Source: Octopus vulgaris
Lineage: Eukaryota
Direction of reading: 5' to 3'
Assembly: GCA_951406725.2 (NCBI GenBank)
Contig: OX597819.1
Span: forward strand, 28,892,001-28,956,000
DNA: 64,000 nt
Of this stretch, positions 51,092-63,958 are shown in pieces. The notes under the pieces were generated by a model. The model did not search any database, was not told where the DNA came from, and saw only the letters and a program-made list of their open reading frames with translations. Numbering within the stretch: position 1 is the first letter of the stretch; each line of letters opens with the position of its first letter. Both the position numbers and the translations under genes were made by a program.

Positions 51092-51133
51092 CTCTGGACA
51101 TGTTTTAATCTCTTTATGACCTCATCAGTAGAG
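51092..51133 (-). ncRNA. Degenerate hammerhead ribozyme
   Basis: Reverse complement reads ctcta CUGAUGA gguc-auaaaga-gauu AAA ACAUGU C cagag: palindromic stem III, GUC site, G12 changed to A. Confidence 0.55.
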
Positions 51134-51559
51134 CATAGACTTCAATATATTAAATAGTGATGTGAGAAACACTAAGTAAATGCACAAGACTGGATATTGG
51201 TTGGTATGGAAAATTATAACTATGTTGAGGAAAAAAAAGTTGATTACCTTTTCATCAATGCTTTATAAAACATATTTGTGTTGCATCATATCAGAGTCAA
51301 GCAACATTCTAATCTCAAATAAGTTTGTGGCACTGAAGAAATTTAACTTTTGGAATACAGTCTTGGTATAAAAATGTTCATTAGAGCTTGTAAAGTGTAG
51401 TATTTGTTGAGATTTTATAAATTCAGCCATGATGCTATTATATATGTGTCCTTGATATATGCTGTGATTGTGTTTTGGTAGTGCTGAATGATCTTCCCAG
51501 TGAATTGAAGGTTTTGGTCATATTTCAATAGATGTTAGCTAGATCTCTCTGTGACACGT

Positions 51560-52750
51560 GAATGAAACTTATAACATCTGAAATTATACATTCAAATTAT
51601 TTATTAATTATCATAATGTGAATATTTAATATTTAGTAGACATGTCCCTTGCATTTTTCAATGCAAGGATTCTATTAAGCACGTTAATGGTCAGATGATG
51701 AATATTCTCTTGAGGAATTTCTTGCCAAGTTTCATGCAGTAATCTCAAAAGATCTGGCTTTGAAGATGCTTTCTTGTTCTTTTTATGAAGTGTCCTATCC
51801 ATTACGCTCCAGAGGTGTTCAATATAGGTTCATATCTGGTGACTGGCTTGGTCATGGAAGCTTTTTAAGGCCATTCCCATCCAACAAATCTTGGGTCATT
51901 TTAGCTGTGTGACAAGGAGCCTCATTTTTCATAAAGAGTCTTCTTTAATCATTTCACCACTGGAGATCAGAAGGAGTCCTTTCTGCAATATGGACATATA
52001 TTTATGTGAGTTTATATTTCCCTCACACTCCACCAGCTCTAACTGACCATTGCTCCAAATTGCTCCCTAAACCATCACAGAATAGCTGCCGTGTTTCATT
52101 GTTGGCTGCAATCTTTTTACATCAAATTCTTGATCACAGAGTCTCCAGACTAACACTTAATGACTGTCAAAACATACAGTAAACCTGAACTTAGTGGAGA
52201 ATATGACAGTGTTCCAAAATGCTAGTGGCCTCTCCACCATCTCACTGGCCCAATCTTTTCTCCACTTGCTATTGGCTGGTCAAAGAAGCGGCTTCCTTCT
52301 TGCTGCTCTGACATAGTAACCAAGTTTGTGGAGATACCTGACAACTGTTCTCGGACTGACATTGACATGTTCTGCTATGTTAGAGGCATTTTAATGAGGA
52401 TTAGCCTCCATACGTCTCCTAACAAAGAGAAGGATCCTGTCAGTGAACCTTGGTCAAGCTAGGTAACGTGATGTGGACTTATTCCCCTCTCTGGTGAATT
52501 GCACACTCACTCTATTAAGTGTAGAAAGCAGGATCCCAAAATTTCCCTTGATTTTATGCTATGTCCACCTTCAGATTGACCCACAAATTCAGACAGTTCC
52601 AAGGCTTCTTTTGTATATGGTATGATTTAAAAGTCACATATAGAAACGGAAATATAAAGATGTCTATCAATAAAAAAATGTAAAGCTTTACAAATTAGAA
52701 TAAACATACAACGATGTGTTATAGGGTGTCTATTTACTTCTGTCATGTCT
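51560..52750 (-). mobile_element. Decayed Tc1-like transposon
   Basis: P*PSQSPDMN-PIEHLWS-like, PTMKHGSYSVMV and APCHTAK motifs and AARRKPLL on the minus strand. Confidence 0.8.
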
Positions 52751-52849
52751 GTTTACTATAATGGAATGAGCAAACAACATACTTCTCACTGGAGAATCAT
52801 GGTCTGTGTGTGTGTTTGTGTGTGTGGATGTACACACACACACACACAG

Positions 52850-53270
52850 AGGACTCCCTGTAACAAGCTTCAAAATATCTAGTAACCTGGACTTTCAAAA
52901 TCAAGGCAGGCTTGCCTTTTTCTGGGTATGTGTAAAGAGTATTATTTCCCATGGAGCTGAAACATGAACTATGGAGAAGGAGCTCCAAAATCAGTTTGAT
53001 GGTATTTGCACCAATCTTCTCACAAATATTCAAAACATCTCATGGCATGAGTGTAAGACCAAAGAAGAAATTTATGGACACGTTCCACCCATCTCTGTAT
53101 AATTTCTCAATGTAGGGTAGGATTTTCTGGCCACTGCTTTTGTGCTGGCAACAGGCCACATCGGATATCGTATTTTGGAGATTTTTGCACTATAATAGAA
53201 TTCCACCCAACTTCAAAGATGTTATTGGCAGAAGCACACAGCATAAAGTTGAGGATTTGCTAAAGCTAAG
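52850..53270 (+). pseudogene. RTE LINE ORF2 C-terminal remnant
   Basis: SHGAET*TMEKELQNQFDGICTNLL...NISWHECKTKEEIYG...FSGHCF. Confidence 0.7.
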
Positions 53271-53544
53271 GGTGGGGGGGGGGGACACAGAGATTCCTGG
53301 CACAACATTGAGAAATGCATCTTGATTTTGGCTGCTTGGAAAAAGAATATACACATAGGTATGCATGTTAATAATTAAAAAGGTAACACTTGACACTAGA
53401 AAAGAAAAGAAGAAATTCTGTAATAGAATTTAAGTAATAATAGCAGGGAACCAGTGATTATATGATGTTGACAATGGACATATTTTGTCAACAATTGTTT
53501 GACAAGGAATATGAAATGATTACTTGCTAATATGATTTGTGAGT

Positions 53545-54590
53545 GTGTGTACCGGGTGTAAGCTATGGATGCATAAGAGATGCAGCAATATCAAAAGAAG
53601 GTTAACTGGGAAGACAGTTTTTGTGTGTGGAAGATGCACAGGTGCAGTAAACACTGATTCTATTACATGCCAGGGAAACAAAAAATAGAAATAGTTGATA
53701 GTTTCTGTTACCTAGGTGACCAAGTCAGTGATGGGGGTGAATGCTCTGAGAGCATAGGCTGGGCAAAGTTCAGAGAGCTCCTATCTCTGCTGATAACAAA
53801 GGGCTTCTTGCTCAGAGTGAATGGTAGACTGTATGATGCCTGTGTGCAAACAACCATGCTATACAGTAGTGAAACATGGGCTGTGACTGCTGAGTTGATG
53901 CATAGGCTTGAAAGAAATGAAGCTAGTATGCTTCTCTGGATGTGTAATGTCAGTGTACAAACACAGCAGGGTGTAAGTGCCCTGAGAGAAAAGTTGGACA
54001 TAAGAAGCATCAGATGTGGTGTGCAGGAGAGACGACTGCACTAGTGTGGTTATGTGATGTGTATGGATGAGGACAGTTGTGTGAAGAAGTGTCACACCCT
54101 AACAGTGGAGAGAACTCATGGAAGAGGTAGAGCCAGGAAGACATGGGATGAGGTGGTGAAGCATGACCTTCGAACGTTGGGCATCACAGAGACAATTGCA
54201 AGATATTCTGTGCTTGAGAAGACCCAGCAAGGCAAGTAAGATCATAGTCATGGCTGATACCAGTGTTGCATAACTGGCCCATTTAAAAACACCCTTCAAT
54301 CATTGAGCAATATGGTGTGATTGTGAAGATCTGTTGAACCGAGTGAAATCGTAGTTGTGGCAAATTAAAGCACCGTTCAAGCTGCTGGTGGCAAGTAAAA
54401 AGTCCCCCGCTACACTTTTGGAGTGGTTGACATTAGGAGGGGCATCCAGCTGTAGAAACCTTACCAAATAAGATTGGAGCCTGGTGCAGCCTCCCAGCTT
54501 GCCAGTTCTCAGTCAAACTGTTCAACCCATGCCAGCATGGAAAGCGGACATTGAACTATGACGACAATGATGATGATGATGATGATGATA
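53545..54590 (+). mobile_element. 5'-truncated RTE LINE (ORF2 end, 3' UTR and tail)
   Basis: VDSFCYLGD, MLYSSETW and GRARKTWDEVVKHDL motifs; (GAT)n tail. Confidence 0.85.
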
Positions 54591-54640
54591 CATATATATC
54601 TTGTAGACTTGCTAGAGAGGCCATAGGCGAACAGGTCTTA

Positions 54641-54698
54641 GGGTCTGAAGAATGCTGTAAAGCTAAACACTTTATGGCTATGAAACCCAGGGTAACCT
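54641..54698 (+). ncRNA. Type I hammerhead ribozyme with complete core
   Basis: gggu CUGAAGA augcuguaaag-cuaaaca-cuuuauggcuau GAA Accc-a-gggU A accu. Stems I, II and III all form; GUA cleavage predicted after 54694. Confidence 0.75.
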
Positions 54699-54743
54699 CA
54701 TAGACTGGCTACATCTACCTTTGTCTATCTATCTATCTATCTC

Positions 54744-54839
<96 letters not shown>

Positions 54840-54878
54840 TATATTTATATACATATACATATATATTTATATACATAT

Positions 54879-54918
<40 letters not shown>

Positions 54919-55277
54919 GCCATCTTTCTTCTCCTAGCTTGTGTTTTTTTCTCTCTGTTGTAGCTAGAACAAGTAAGACGTGCTCTTGTCTGTCTCCTGT
55001 CCAATCTTGATTTATGTGTTTGCCACCACAACCTCGTTTAGGCTTAGCAGCCCTTCCTGTTTGTTTACACTGTCCTGTTTATGTTACCAATTTTGACCCA
55101 CCACAAAGTCCCAAATTTTATTTAATTTGCTTTGCGGAAGCAACTGTTTTATCGAAAGCGTATATTGTTATTAAATGCTTGAAATACAAGAGTAGAAAAA
55201 CCGCCAGCAAGAGTAGAAAAACCGCCAGTACTATATATATATATATATATATATATTATTTATATTACTATATATAT

Positions 55278-55700
55278 AATCATCATTTAACATCTGTTTT
55301 CCATGCTGGCATGGGTTGGCTGGTTTGGCAGGAGCTAGCCAGGTTCCAGGTCTGTTTTGCTATGGTTTCTACAGCTGGATGCCCTTTCCTAATGTCAACA
55401 ACTTTACAGAATGTACTGGGTGCTTTTCTGCCGCACCAGCACAAGTGCAGTTACATGACATTGGTACAGGCGATTTTTACACAGCACCAGCACCCACGAA
55501 CGTACAAGATTAAGAATACTCAACTGGGAAGGGATGCAGTGGACATACCTTAATGCAAGGACAACCTTGATTTTACTTAGCTTAACATGTCTTCTCAAGC
55601 ACAGCAAACCACCAGGAATCTCAGCCCCTGTTATTCCTTCTGTGAGGCCCAACGTGTGAAGATCCTTTCTCACCACTTTGTTCCACATCTTCCTGGTCTA
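55278..55700 (-). mobile_element. RTE 3' end fragment
   Basis: Reverse-complement tail and WNKVVRKDLHTLGLTE. Confidence 0.7.
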
Positions 55701-57423
55701 TCTTCTTTTACATGTTTCAGTCATTGGATTGCAGCCATACTGGAGCACCACCTTGAAGGATTCAGTTGAACATGTCTATCCCAGTACTTGTATTGTAAAT
55801 TTGGTACTTACTCTATCGGTTTCTTTTGACCAACAGCTCAGTTAGGGGATAAAAGCATGCCAATACCAGTTGTCAAGCCGTGGGGTAGGGGACAAACACA
55901 CAAATACACACATATAGGACAGGCATTCACACGGTTTCATTCTACCAAATTCCCTCACAGGACATTGGTTTGCTTGGGGCTATAACCGAAGATGTTTACC
56001 GAAAGTGCCATGCAGTGGAAATGGGCTCAAAACCACATGGTTGTAAAGCAAGCTTCTTAACCACACACACACACACACACAAGCTTTATAGAATACTTAA
56101 GATACACTAGTGTGCTACTAGGTAAGCTATTAGAACTCTAATGGAATAGACATTCACCTTCCATTTGTTTATTAGGAATGGATGACAAGTGAATTGAACT
56201 TTGAGGTCAAGTAACTTCCTAGCCATGAAATTTAAGCAGCACATTTGTACATCGTAAGAACTTTGCAAAGATCCCGTCTAACTTTGCCAGAGGTATTGAG
56301 TTCTCTCTACTTGTTCAATGTTCACATATTAACAGATTATATGTGTGTGTGTGTGTTTATATGTGTATATGTATGTGTGCATGTGTATTTGTATTTGTAT
56401 CTGTTATGTATATATTATACATTATATATATATATATATAAATGGCGGTGCCCCAGCATGGCCACAGCTCGTGAGCTGAAACTAGAATCAATCAATCATA
56501 TATATACACAAACACACACACATGTATTTTATATATATTTGCATATATATATATATGTGTGTATGTATATTATGTATATATGTATTTATGAATTTTTATG
56601 TGTATTTTTGAAAATACAATATAATATATATTCAGTTAAAGTCATCTATGGAAAGTACTTCACTTTTCATGTGAAGGCAAAATAGCTGAGTGACCAATTA
56701 CATAACTTACTGGACCACTAACCATCTTAAATCTACTATGGAAATTTTGTTGTGTATTTGGACACCACTCTCAGTTCTGTGTGTCAGTATAGAATATGTT
56801 CCAGATCATCTGAACACATTGTTTGCAGTAGACTTATGCCATGTCCTGAAGAAGATTTATATTGTTCTGCTTAACACCGTGAAATGTAACTTCTTATAGG
56901 CTCTGTTAGGCTTCAATGACATTTACCATTTTTTTTATTTATTTATATTCCTGACATATAAATATAACCAAAGTGCTGTATGTGAGTATGCATATATGAG
57001 TATGCACGTGTACATACATGCATATACTCACCCACCATCACCGTACATACATGTCTCCAAGAATAAAAATACTCGTAAACCAAAAAATCCAAGGTATCTT
57101 AAGTTCCATCAGTTATAGTTAGTTATTGATTTCTAGCGAATCCAAAATGTCAACCATTCAGTAGAAATACTAAATGCAATTCTCCAGAGTAAAATAGGTG
57201 GATATATCTAAATGCTATTGACGTAATATTTACAACTATTTTATTACCGCTTATATCATGATTTTGAAATTATTTAATTCTCTTCAAATCTTTCAATGAA
57301 TTATACACTAAAATATCATTTCTTTTAGTAAGAAATTCACTTTTTTGTTATTTTTACCTCAATTTCAATGATTTGTGATGATGATGTAAGAATTTGCTGA
57401 GTTCAAATTTTATTTACTCTTGG

Positions 57424-57808
57424 TTTCTTTTTACTCCCTTTTACTTGTTTCAGTCATTTGACTGCGGCCATGCTGGAGCACCGCCTTTAGTTGAGCAAAT
57501 CGACCCCAGGACTTATTCTTTGGAAGCCTAGTACTTATTCTATCGGTCTCTTTTGCCGAAATGTTAAGTTATGGAGATGTAAACACACCACCATCAGTTG
57601 TCAAGCGATGCTGGGGGGACAAACACAGACACACAAACATATATATACACATATACATATACACAACGGGCTTCTTTCAGTTTCTGTCTACCAAATCCAC
57701 TCACAAGGCTTTGGTCGACCTGAGGCTATAGTAGAAGACACTTGCCCAAGGTGCCATGCAGTAGGAATGAACCCGGTTGATGAGCAAGCTACTTACCACA
57801 CAGCCACT
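57424..57808 (-). mobile_element. SINE family A
   Basis: Reverse-complement full body with a small head deletion. Confidence 0.88.
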
Positions 57809-58112
57809 GAAAAGTATTTTTTAAAAATATCATAGTAACAACAGTTATGATTTATCAAAGATATGATATGCCGTGTTTGAGAAGACCTGTCGAACCAAGT
57901 GAAATCACAGCCATGGCTGATGCCATTGTTGTGTAACTGACACCTGTGCTGGTGGCACATAAAAAGCACCATTCGAATGTTGGGCCTCATGGAAGCAATG
58001 ACAGGTGACTGAGATCTTTGGCAATATACTGTGCTTGAGAAGATCTGTCAAGCCAAGTGAGATCATAGTCATGGCTGATGCTGGTGCTGGGTAACTGGCA
58101 CCCATGCCAGTG

Positions 58113-58480
58113 TGGAGGCACATGACCTAATGGTTAGAGCAGTGGACTCACAGTCAAGGGATTGCTGGTTCGAATCTCAGACCGGGCGATGTGTGTGTTT
58201 ATGAGCAAAAAACCTAAGCCTCCGGCAGAAGGTAATGGCGAACTTCTGCTTACTCTTTCGCCGCAACTTTCTCTCACTCTTTCCTCCTGCATCTTACAGC
58301 TCACCTGCGACAGACTGGCGTCCCATCCAGGTGGGGTACCTATATGCCAAGGAAACTGGGGAACCTATACGCCAAGGAAACCAGGGAACCTATACGCCAA
58401 GGAAACCAGGGAACCTATACACCAAGGAAACCGGGAAACCAGCCCTAATGAGCTGGGCATGGCTTGAGAAGGAACAAACA
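58113..58480 (+). mobile_element. SINE family C variant with a 25-bp tandem repeat, nested in an RTE tail (57860-58675)
   Basis: tRNA-like head; about four copies of ggaacctatacgccaaggaaacc at 58333-58432. acccatgccagtg occurs on both sides. Confidence 0.8.
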
Positions 58481-58787
58481 AAACCCATGCCAGTGCCACA
58501 TAAAAAGCATCCACTACACTCTTTGAATGGTTAGCATTGGGAAGGGCATCCAGTAGTAGAAGCCATGTGAAATCAAATTGGAACCTGGTGCAGCTCTCCA
58601 GCTTACCAGTTTTCAGTCAAATTGTCCAACCCATGCCAGCATGGAAAATGGATGTTAAATGATGATGATGGTGGTGATTTATCAAATATTCTGTTTTAAT
58701 TTTAGAATTAAGCACATCTGAAACCTTACGATTCAAGTATTGTATGTTACATACTTTATTCTTTTATTATTTCCTGCCACAAAACAG

Positions 58788-59193
58788 TTACTCTTTTACT
58801 CTTTTACTTGTTTCAGTCATTTGACTGTGGCCATGCTGGAGCACCGCCTTTAGTTGAGCAAATCAACCCCGAGACTTATTCTTTGTAAGCCCAGTACTTA
58901 TTCTATCGGTCTCTTTTTGCCGAACCGCTAAGTGATGGGGACGTAAACACACCAGCATTGGTTGTCAAGCAATGCTAGGAGGACAAACACAGACACACAA
59001 ACACACACACATACATATATATATACATATATACGACAGGCTTCTTTCAGTTTCCATCTATCAAATCCACTCACAAGGCATTGGTTGGCCCGGGGCTATA
59101 GCAGAAGACACTCGCCCAAGATGCCACGCAGTGGGACTGAACCCAGAACCATGTGGTTGGTTAGCAAGCTACTTACCACACAGCCACTCCTGC
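58788..59193 (-). mobile_element. SINE family A, full length and young
   Basis: Near-identical to the 28984 and 46120 copies. Confidence 0.92.
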
Positions 59194-59689
59194 TCATATT
59201 TTTGTACCCCAAATGGTAAATCCAAGAACCATTTATTGTCATATGATTAAAGCTAAAATTGCAGATTTTATCCAACATTCAACTTTATTAATTTTTAAAA
59301 ATGTTTGTATTGATGTAGATATGGCTGTATGGTTAAGACAGTCAATATGCAACCCAGTAGGATGCAGGTTAAAATTCTGTGCCATTTCACAATATTTTGA
59401 ATGATTGTCTCCTGCTACAGCCTTGGGCTGATCAGTCTCTTCTGAGTGGAATTGCTGGACAGAAATTGAGCTGAAGCTTGTTTGTGTGTGTGTGTGTGTG
59501 TGTGCGTGTTTTTTTTTGTGTGTGTGTGTGTACCACATGGTTCTGAGTTCTGTCCCACTACGTGGCACCTTGGGCAAGTATCTTCTACAACAGCCTCCGA
59601 CCAGCCAAAGCCTTGTGAGTGGTTTTGTGAGTGGTTTTAGTGTGTGTGTGTGTGTGATGACTGACTAACTGTTGATGTTCCAGTATAGT

Positions 59690-59935
59690 GGAGGCATGTG
59701 ACTTAGTGGTTAGGGTGTTGGACACATGATTGAAAGATTGTGGTTTTGATTCCTGAACCGGGTGATACATTTTGTTCTTGAGCAAAATACTTCATTTCAC
59801 GTTGCTCCAGTCCACTCAGCTGGCAAAAATGAGTGATTCTGTGATGGACTGGCATCCTGTCCAGGTTGGGAATATATACAGCATAGAAACTAGGAAAACG
59901 GCTCTTACGGGTCAGTATGACTTGAGAAGGTATTC
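59690..59935 (+). mobile_element. SINE family C-related, diverged
   Basis: ggaggcatgtgacttagtggttaggg head; core as at 44503. Confidence 0.7.
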
Positions 59936-60077
59936 CAGTAAACAATGTCAGCCAATATGAGGAGTTGCTGTTATAGTTTTATGCTTTGGCAATGAAACTG
60001 TCAGCTATTGGTTGGTCTTGAAACTTTGTACTCTGTGTCATCATTTTCACTTTATGGAAGTATTGAGTCAGCTTTCA

Positions 60078-60144
<67 letters not shown>

Positions 60145-60452
60145 TATTGGTTGATAACACTGATACACACATAGACAGACAGACAGACAGACAGACACAC
60201 ACACACACACACACACATACACACACACTTACAATGACATCAGCACAGTTTCTATCAACCAAACTTGATTCTTGGGACATTGGTCGATCTGATGCTACTT
60301 GGCCAAAGTACTGGGTAATAAATCTGAATACAATATTGTTTTGTACTCTAGGTACAGTCGATTAGATCAACCCCAGACCCCCGAAAGGATGAAAGGCAAA
60401 GTCAACCTTAGCAGAATTTGAACTCAGAACATAATTTTAATTTTTTACATAT

Positions 60453-61271
60453 AGGTGCAGGTGTGGCTGTGTGGTGAGAAGCTTCCTTCGGAGCCACATG
60501 GTTCTGGGTTCAGTCCCACTGTGTGGCACCTTGGGCAAGTGACTTCTACTATAACCTCAGACCAACCAAAGCCTTGTGAGTGGATTTGGTAGACAAAAAC
60601 TGGAAGAAGCCTGTTGTATAGATATATGTGTGCGTGTGTCTGTTTTTGACCCCCCCCCCACCATTGCTTGACAATCTATCCTGGTGTGTTTATGTCCTCG
60701 TAAGTTAGTGGTTCGGCAAAAGAGACCAATAGAATAAGCACTAGGCTTGCAAAAGAATAAGTCTTAGGGTCAATTTCTTCAACTAACACCCTTTAAGGTG
60801 GTGCTCCAGCATGGCCACAGTCAAAATGACTGAAACAAATAAAAGAATATCTATTAAATTTATAGGCATGGCTATGTGATAAGAAGCTTGCTTCCCAGCC
60901 ACGTGATTCCAGGTTCAGTCTCACTGTGTGACACTTTGGGCATGAGTCTTCTACCATACAGTAGAAAACTATAACTTCAGGTCGACCAAAGTCTTGTGAG
61001 TGGATTTGATAGACAGAAACTGAAGGAAGCTTGTTGTATATATATATATACAACATTCAAAATGTGACCATGTGTGTACTGTTGGCGATTTTTTTCTCCT
61101 CCGTCTTCCCTTCTTTGGATCTTTCCTTTTCCTATGTTTCTGACGAAGAGCTCCACTCGAAACGTTAAACCCTCCTTCTTTCCTTCTTTCCTGAGCGTCC
61201 AATAATACTATACTAGTTCCACGTCCTCGTGTTGTTGTGTTTTTTCTTTGTGTTCTCATGTTTGGATTAAC

Positions 61272-61312
<41 letters not shown>

Positions 61313-61552
61313 GTGTTTGTCCCCTACTACCACTTGAAAGTGGTGTTGGTGTGTTTATGTCAGTGTTGATGTGTTTATAGTGTGTTTAGCGATTCAGCAA
61401 AATGGAAACAGATAGAATAGGGAACCGATAGAATAAGTACCAGACTTAACAAAAATTGAGTACTGGGGGGCAATTTGTTCAACTAAAACCCTGCAAGGCA
61501 GTGCCCCAGCATGGCCACAGTCTAATGACTGCAGCAAATAAAAGATAAAAGA
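60453..61552 (+). mobile_element. Two tandem family A SINEs, the second interrupted by a PLE-like repeat
   Basis: Copies 60453-60846 and 60864-61552; insert 61052-61272. Confidence 0.8.
61136..61170 (+). ncRNA. Minimal PLE-type hammerhead ribozyme
   Basis: guuu CUGACGA a gag-cucca-cuc GAA ACGU U aaac. The stem III palindrome ACGU has no loop, so it is the dimer-dependent type. Confidence 0.7.
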
Positions 61553-62785
61553 TACTTATTTAAACATATGGCATGACACTAAATAACTAGCATTGTTGAT
61601 CTCTTCCCTACCATATTTACACCCCTTAACATGAATACTTTTTCTTAAACTAAAATTTTACTGAAATAATTTATTTATTTTAGCTATTTCTTAACCAGGT
61701 AACTACTTTTTAAAAGTCGATATCTTGTTTTGGATTATTATATATATTTTTTATTCCTATCCCTCAAGTTTTACGGCTTTGTTAGATCCACTCCTGACCT
61801 AATCAATTCTCTTTTTATCTCAAGAGGTTTGATCAAAACTGAAAATCAATATTGTGTTTGTTCTTGCCTTTAAAGTTATTTTCTTATTTTACATATTGCT
61901 ATTTCTTCCTTGGTTCTTTGGCTTCAAAATATGTGTACGTATGTTTGGGTATATGAGCATGTCTATATGTGTGTGCTTATGAGTGTAAACATATGTGTGT
62001 ATGTGTGTATAGGTGTATGAATGTGAACATGTGTGTGTGTGTGTCTATGAAAATAAATGTAAGCATGTGCATATAAGTAGGTGCATGTGTATGAGCATGT
62101 GTTGTGTGTGTGCAGATACTATCTGGTGTATCTGTGCTGATATCATTTGGTGTGTGTGTGTGTGTGCTTTACTTGTATTGATCATTAAACACAAATGCTT
62201 CACTTATCTTAAACACCATTAACAAATTGTCTGACACTAATTTGTATCAAATAAGAAATGGACAATTTTATATTAAATGAAATTGAAATCCGAAACATTT
62301 CCTTTAAGCAAAGTCATGTAGTCTTGAAGAAATTGGTGCTTTTGTCTGATATGAGTCATTTAGTGTTCTTATTGGTTATGAACCAGAGAATGAAGGCAAA
62401 AGACAGAAGCGGATTGATTCAGTGGGCCAGAAATGTAACTACCAGAGAGACTGAGAGAGCATAAGAAATAAGACGGTATGTTCTTGCATTATAATAAAGA
62501 TGAATATTATTTATAACTAATATTATTCATTAAAAGCTTAATGAAACTAATATATCTATAAAAGCAAGTGACATATTCTGAAAGTTCCAATTTGTCTTTG
62601 ATAGAGTTCTTTTCTTGATTCCCATTAACATTTTCAAAATCCTCATGTATCATCACTTAGATTAGTTGCCTCGTTACACAAATCAACATTTTGTTTGGTG
62701 CTGTAGGTTAGTGAATTTTGAAGACGGTGCATAATGATATTTATGACCTGTTTCATGATGAACACCATCTGTCAAGTGAAACTAA

Positions 62786-63135
62786 CCCTCCTCCTCTTCC
62801 TGCTCCTCCTCTTGTTCCTCCTCTTCCTGTTCCTCCTGTTCCTGCTCCTCCCCTCCTCTCCTCCTCCTCTTCATCTTCATCTTCCTCCTCTCCTCTCCTC
62901 TTCCTCCTCTCCTCTTCCTCCTCCTCTTCTTCCTCTCCTCTTCCTCATCTCCTCTTCCTCCTCTCCTCTCCCTCCTCCTCTTCTTCCTCTCCTCTCCCTC
63001 CTCCTCTTCTTCCTCTCCTCTTCTTCCTCTCCTCTCCCTCCTCTCATCTTCCTCCTCTCATCTTCTTCCTCCTCCACTTCCTCCTCTCATCTTCCTCCTC
63101 TCCTCTTCCCCCTCCTCTCCTCCTCCTCCCCCTCC
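62786..63135. repeat. Polypyrimidine (CCT/CTT)n low-complexity tract
   Basis: Direct inspection; the overlapping ORFs are compositional artefacts. Confidence 0.9.
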
Positions 63136-63149
63136 CACCACCACTACCA

Positions 63150-63380
63150 TATCATTTAACATCTGTTTTCCATGCTGACATGGGTTGGAAAGGTTGATAG
63201 GAACTGGTAAGGCCAGGGGCTACATCAGGTTCCATAATCTGTTTTGACTTGGTTTCTATGGCTGGATGCCCTTCTTAACATCAACCAATTTACAGAGTGA
63301 ACAGGGTGCTTTTCAACATGGCACCACCATCAGTGCTTTTTGCATGGCATCAGCACCCACACACCAATGTTTTTACATGA
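63150..63380 (-). mobile_element. RTE 3' tail copy
   Basis: catttaacatctgttttccatgctgacatgggttgg...ggctggatgcccttc. Confidence 0.75.
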
Positions 63381-63649
63381 CACCTTAGTTTTAGGATATC
63401 AATTCTTGTTGTAGTGGGCTGGTCTTCTTGTGCGCAACAATCATATCTGTATTTTATTTGGTCCAATGAAGAGTGTCCATATCTATAGACTTTGCAAAGT
63501 TCTTCCAGGCATTAGACTCTGACATCATTGACACTCAGCTTGATCCTTTTATTAGTTTAATGATAAATACAGCCAAGGATTTGCAGGTCTGAGAGGCAGT
63601 ACTAGGTGAACTTTCTAGTTGTCATATTATTTAATCTCACCTTGTATCT

Positions 63650-63880
63650 TTCTCTTGTTTCAGTCATTGAACTGCAGCCATGCTTGGGTGCTGACTTGAA
63701 GGCTTTAGTTGAACAAGTCAACCATAGTACTTACTTTTTTTAAAGCCTGGTACCTATTTTATCAGTTATTGGAAGTCCCCATAACTGAACTGCCAAGTTA
63801 AGGGGATGTAAACACACCAAGATTGGTTGTCAAGTAGTGGTGAGGACAAATACGATACAATACAAAGACACAGACATAGT
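63650..63880 (-). mobile_element. SINE family A 3' half, diverged
   Basis: cttgtttcagtcattgaactgcagccatgc...gtaaacacacca. Confidence 0.7.
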
Positions 63881-63889
63881 TTTATATAT

Positions 63890-63905
63890 ATAAATAAATA
63901 AATAA

Positions 63906-63958
<53 letters not shown>

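Noticed and set aside
62258-62480. Possible host exon(s), with a GTATGT donor near 62476 and an acceptor near 62706
   Set aside because: Stops in the candidate frames and no recognisable protein; cannot be supported without RNA data.
62718-63197. Pro/Ser/Leu-rich ORFs
   Set aside because: Low-complexity (CCT)n tract.
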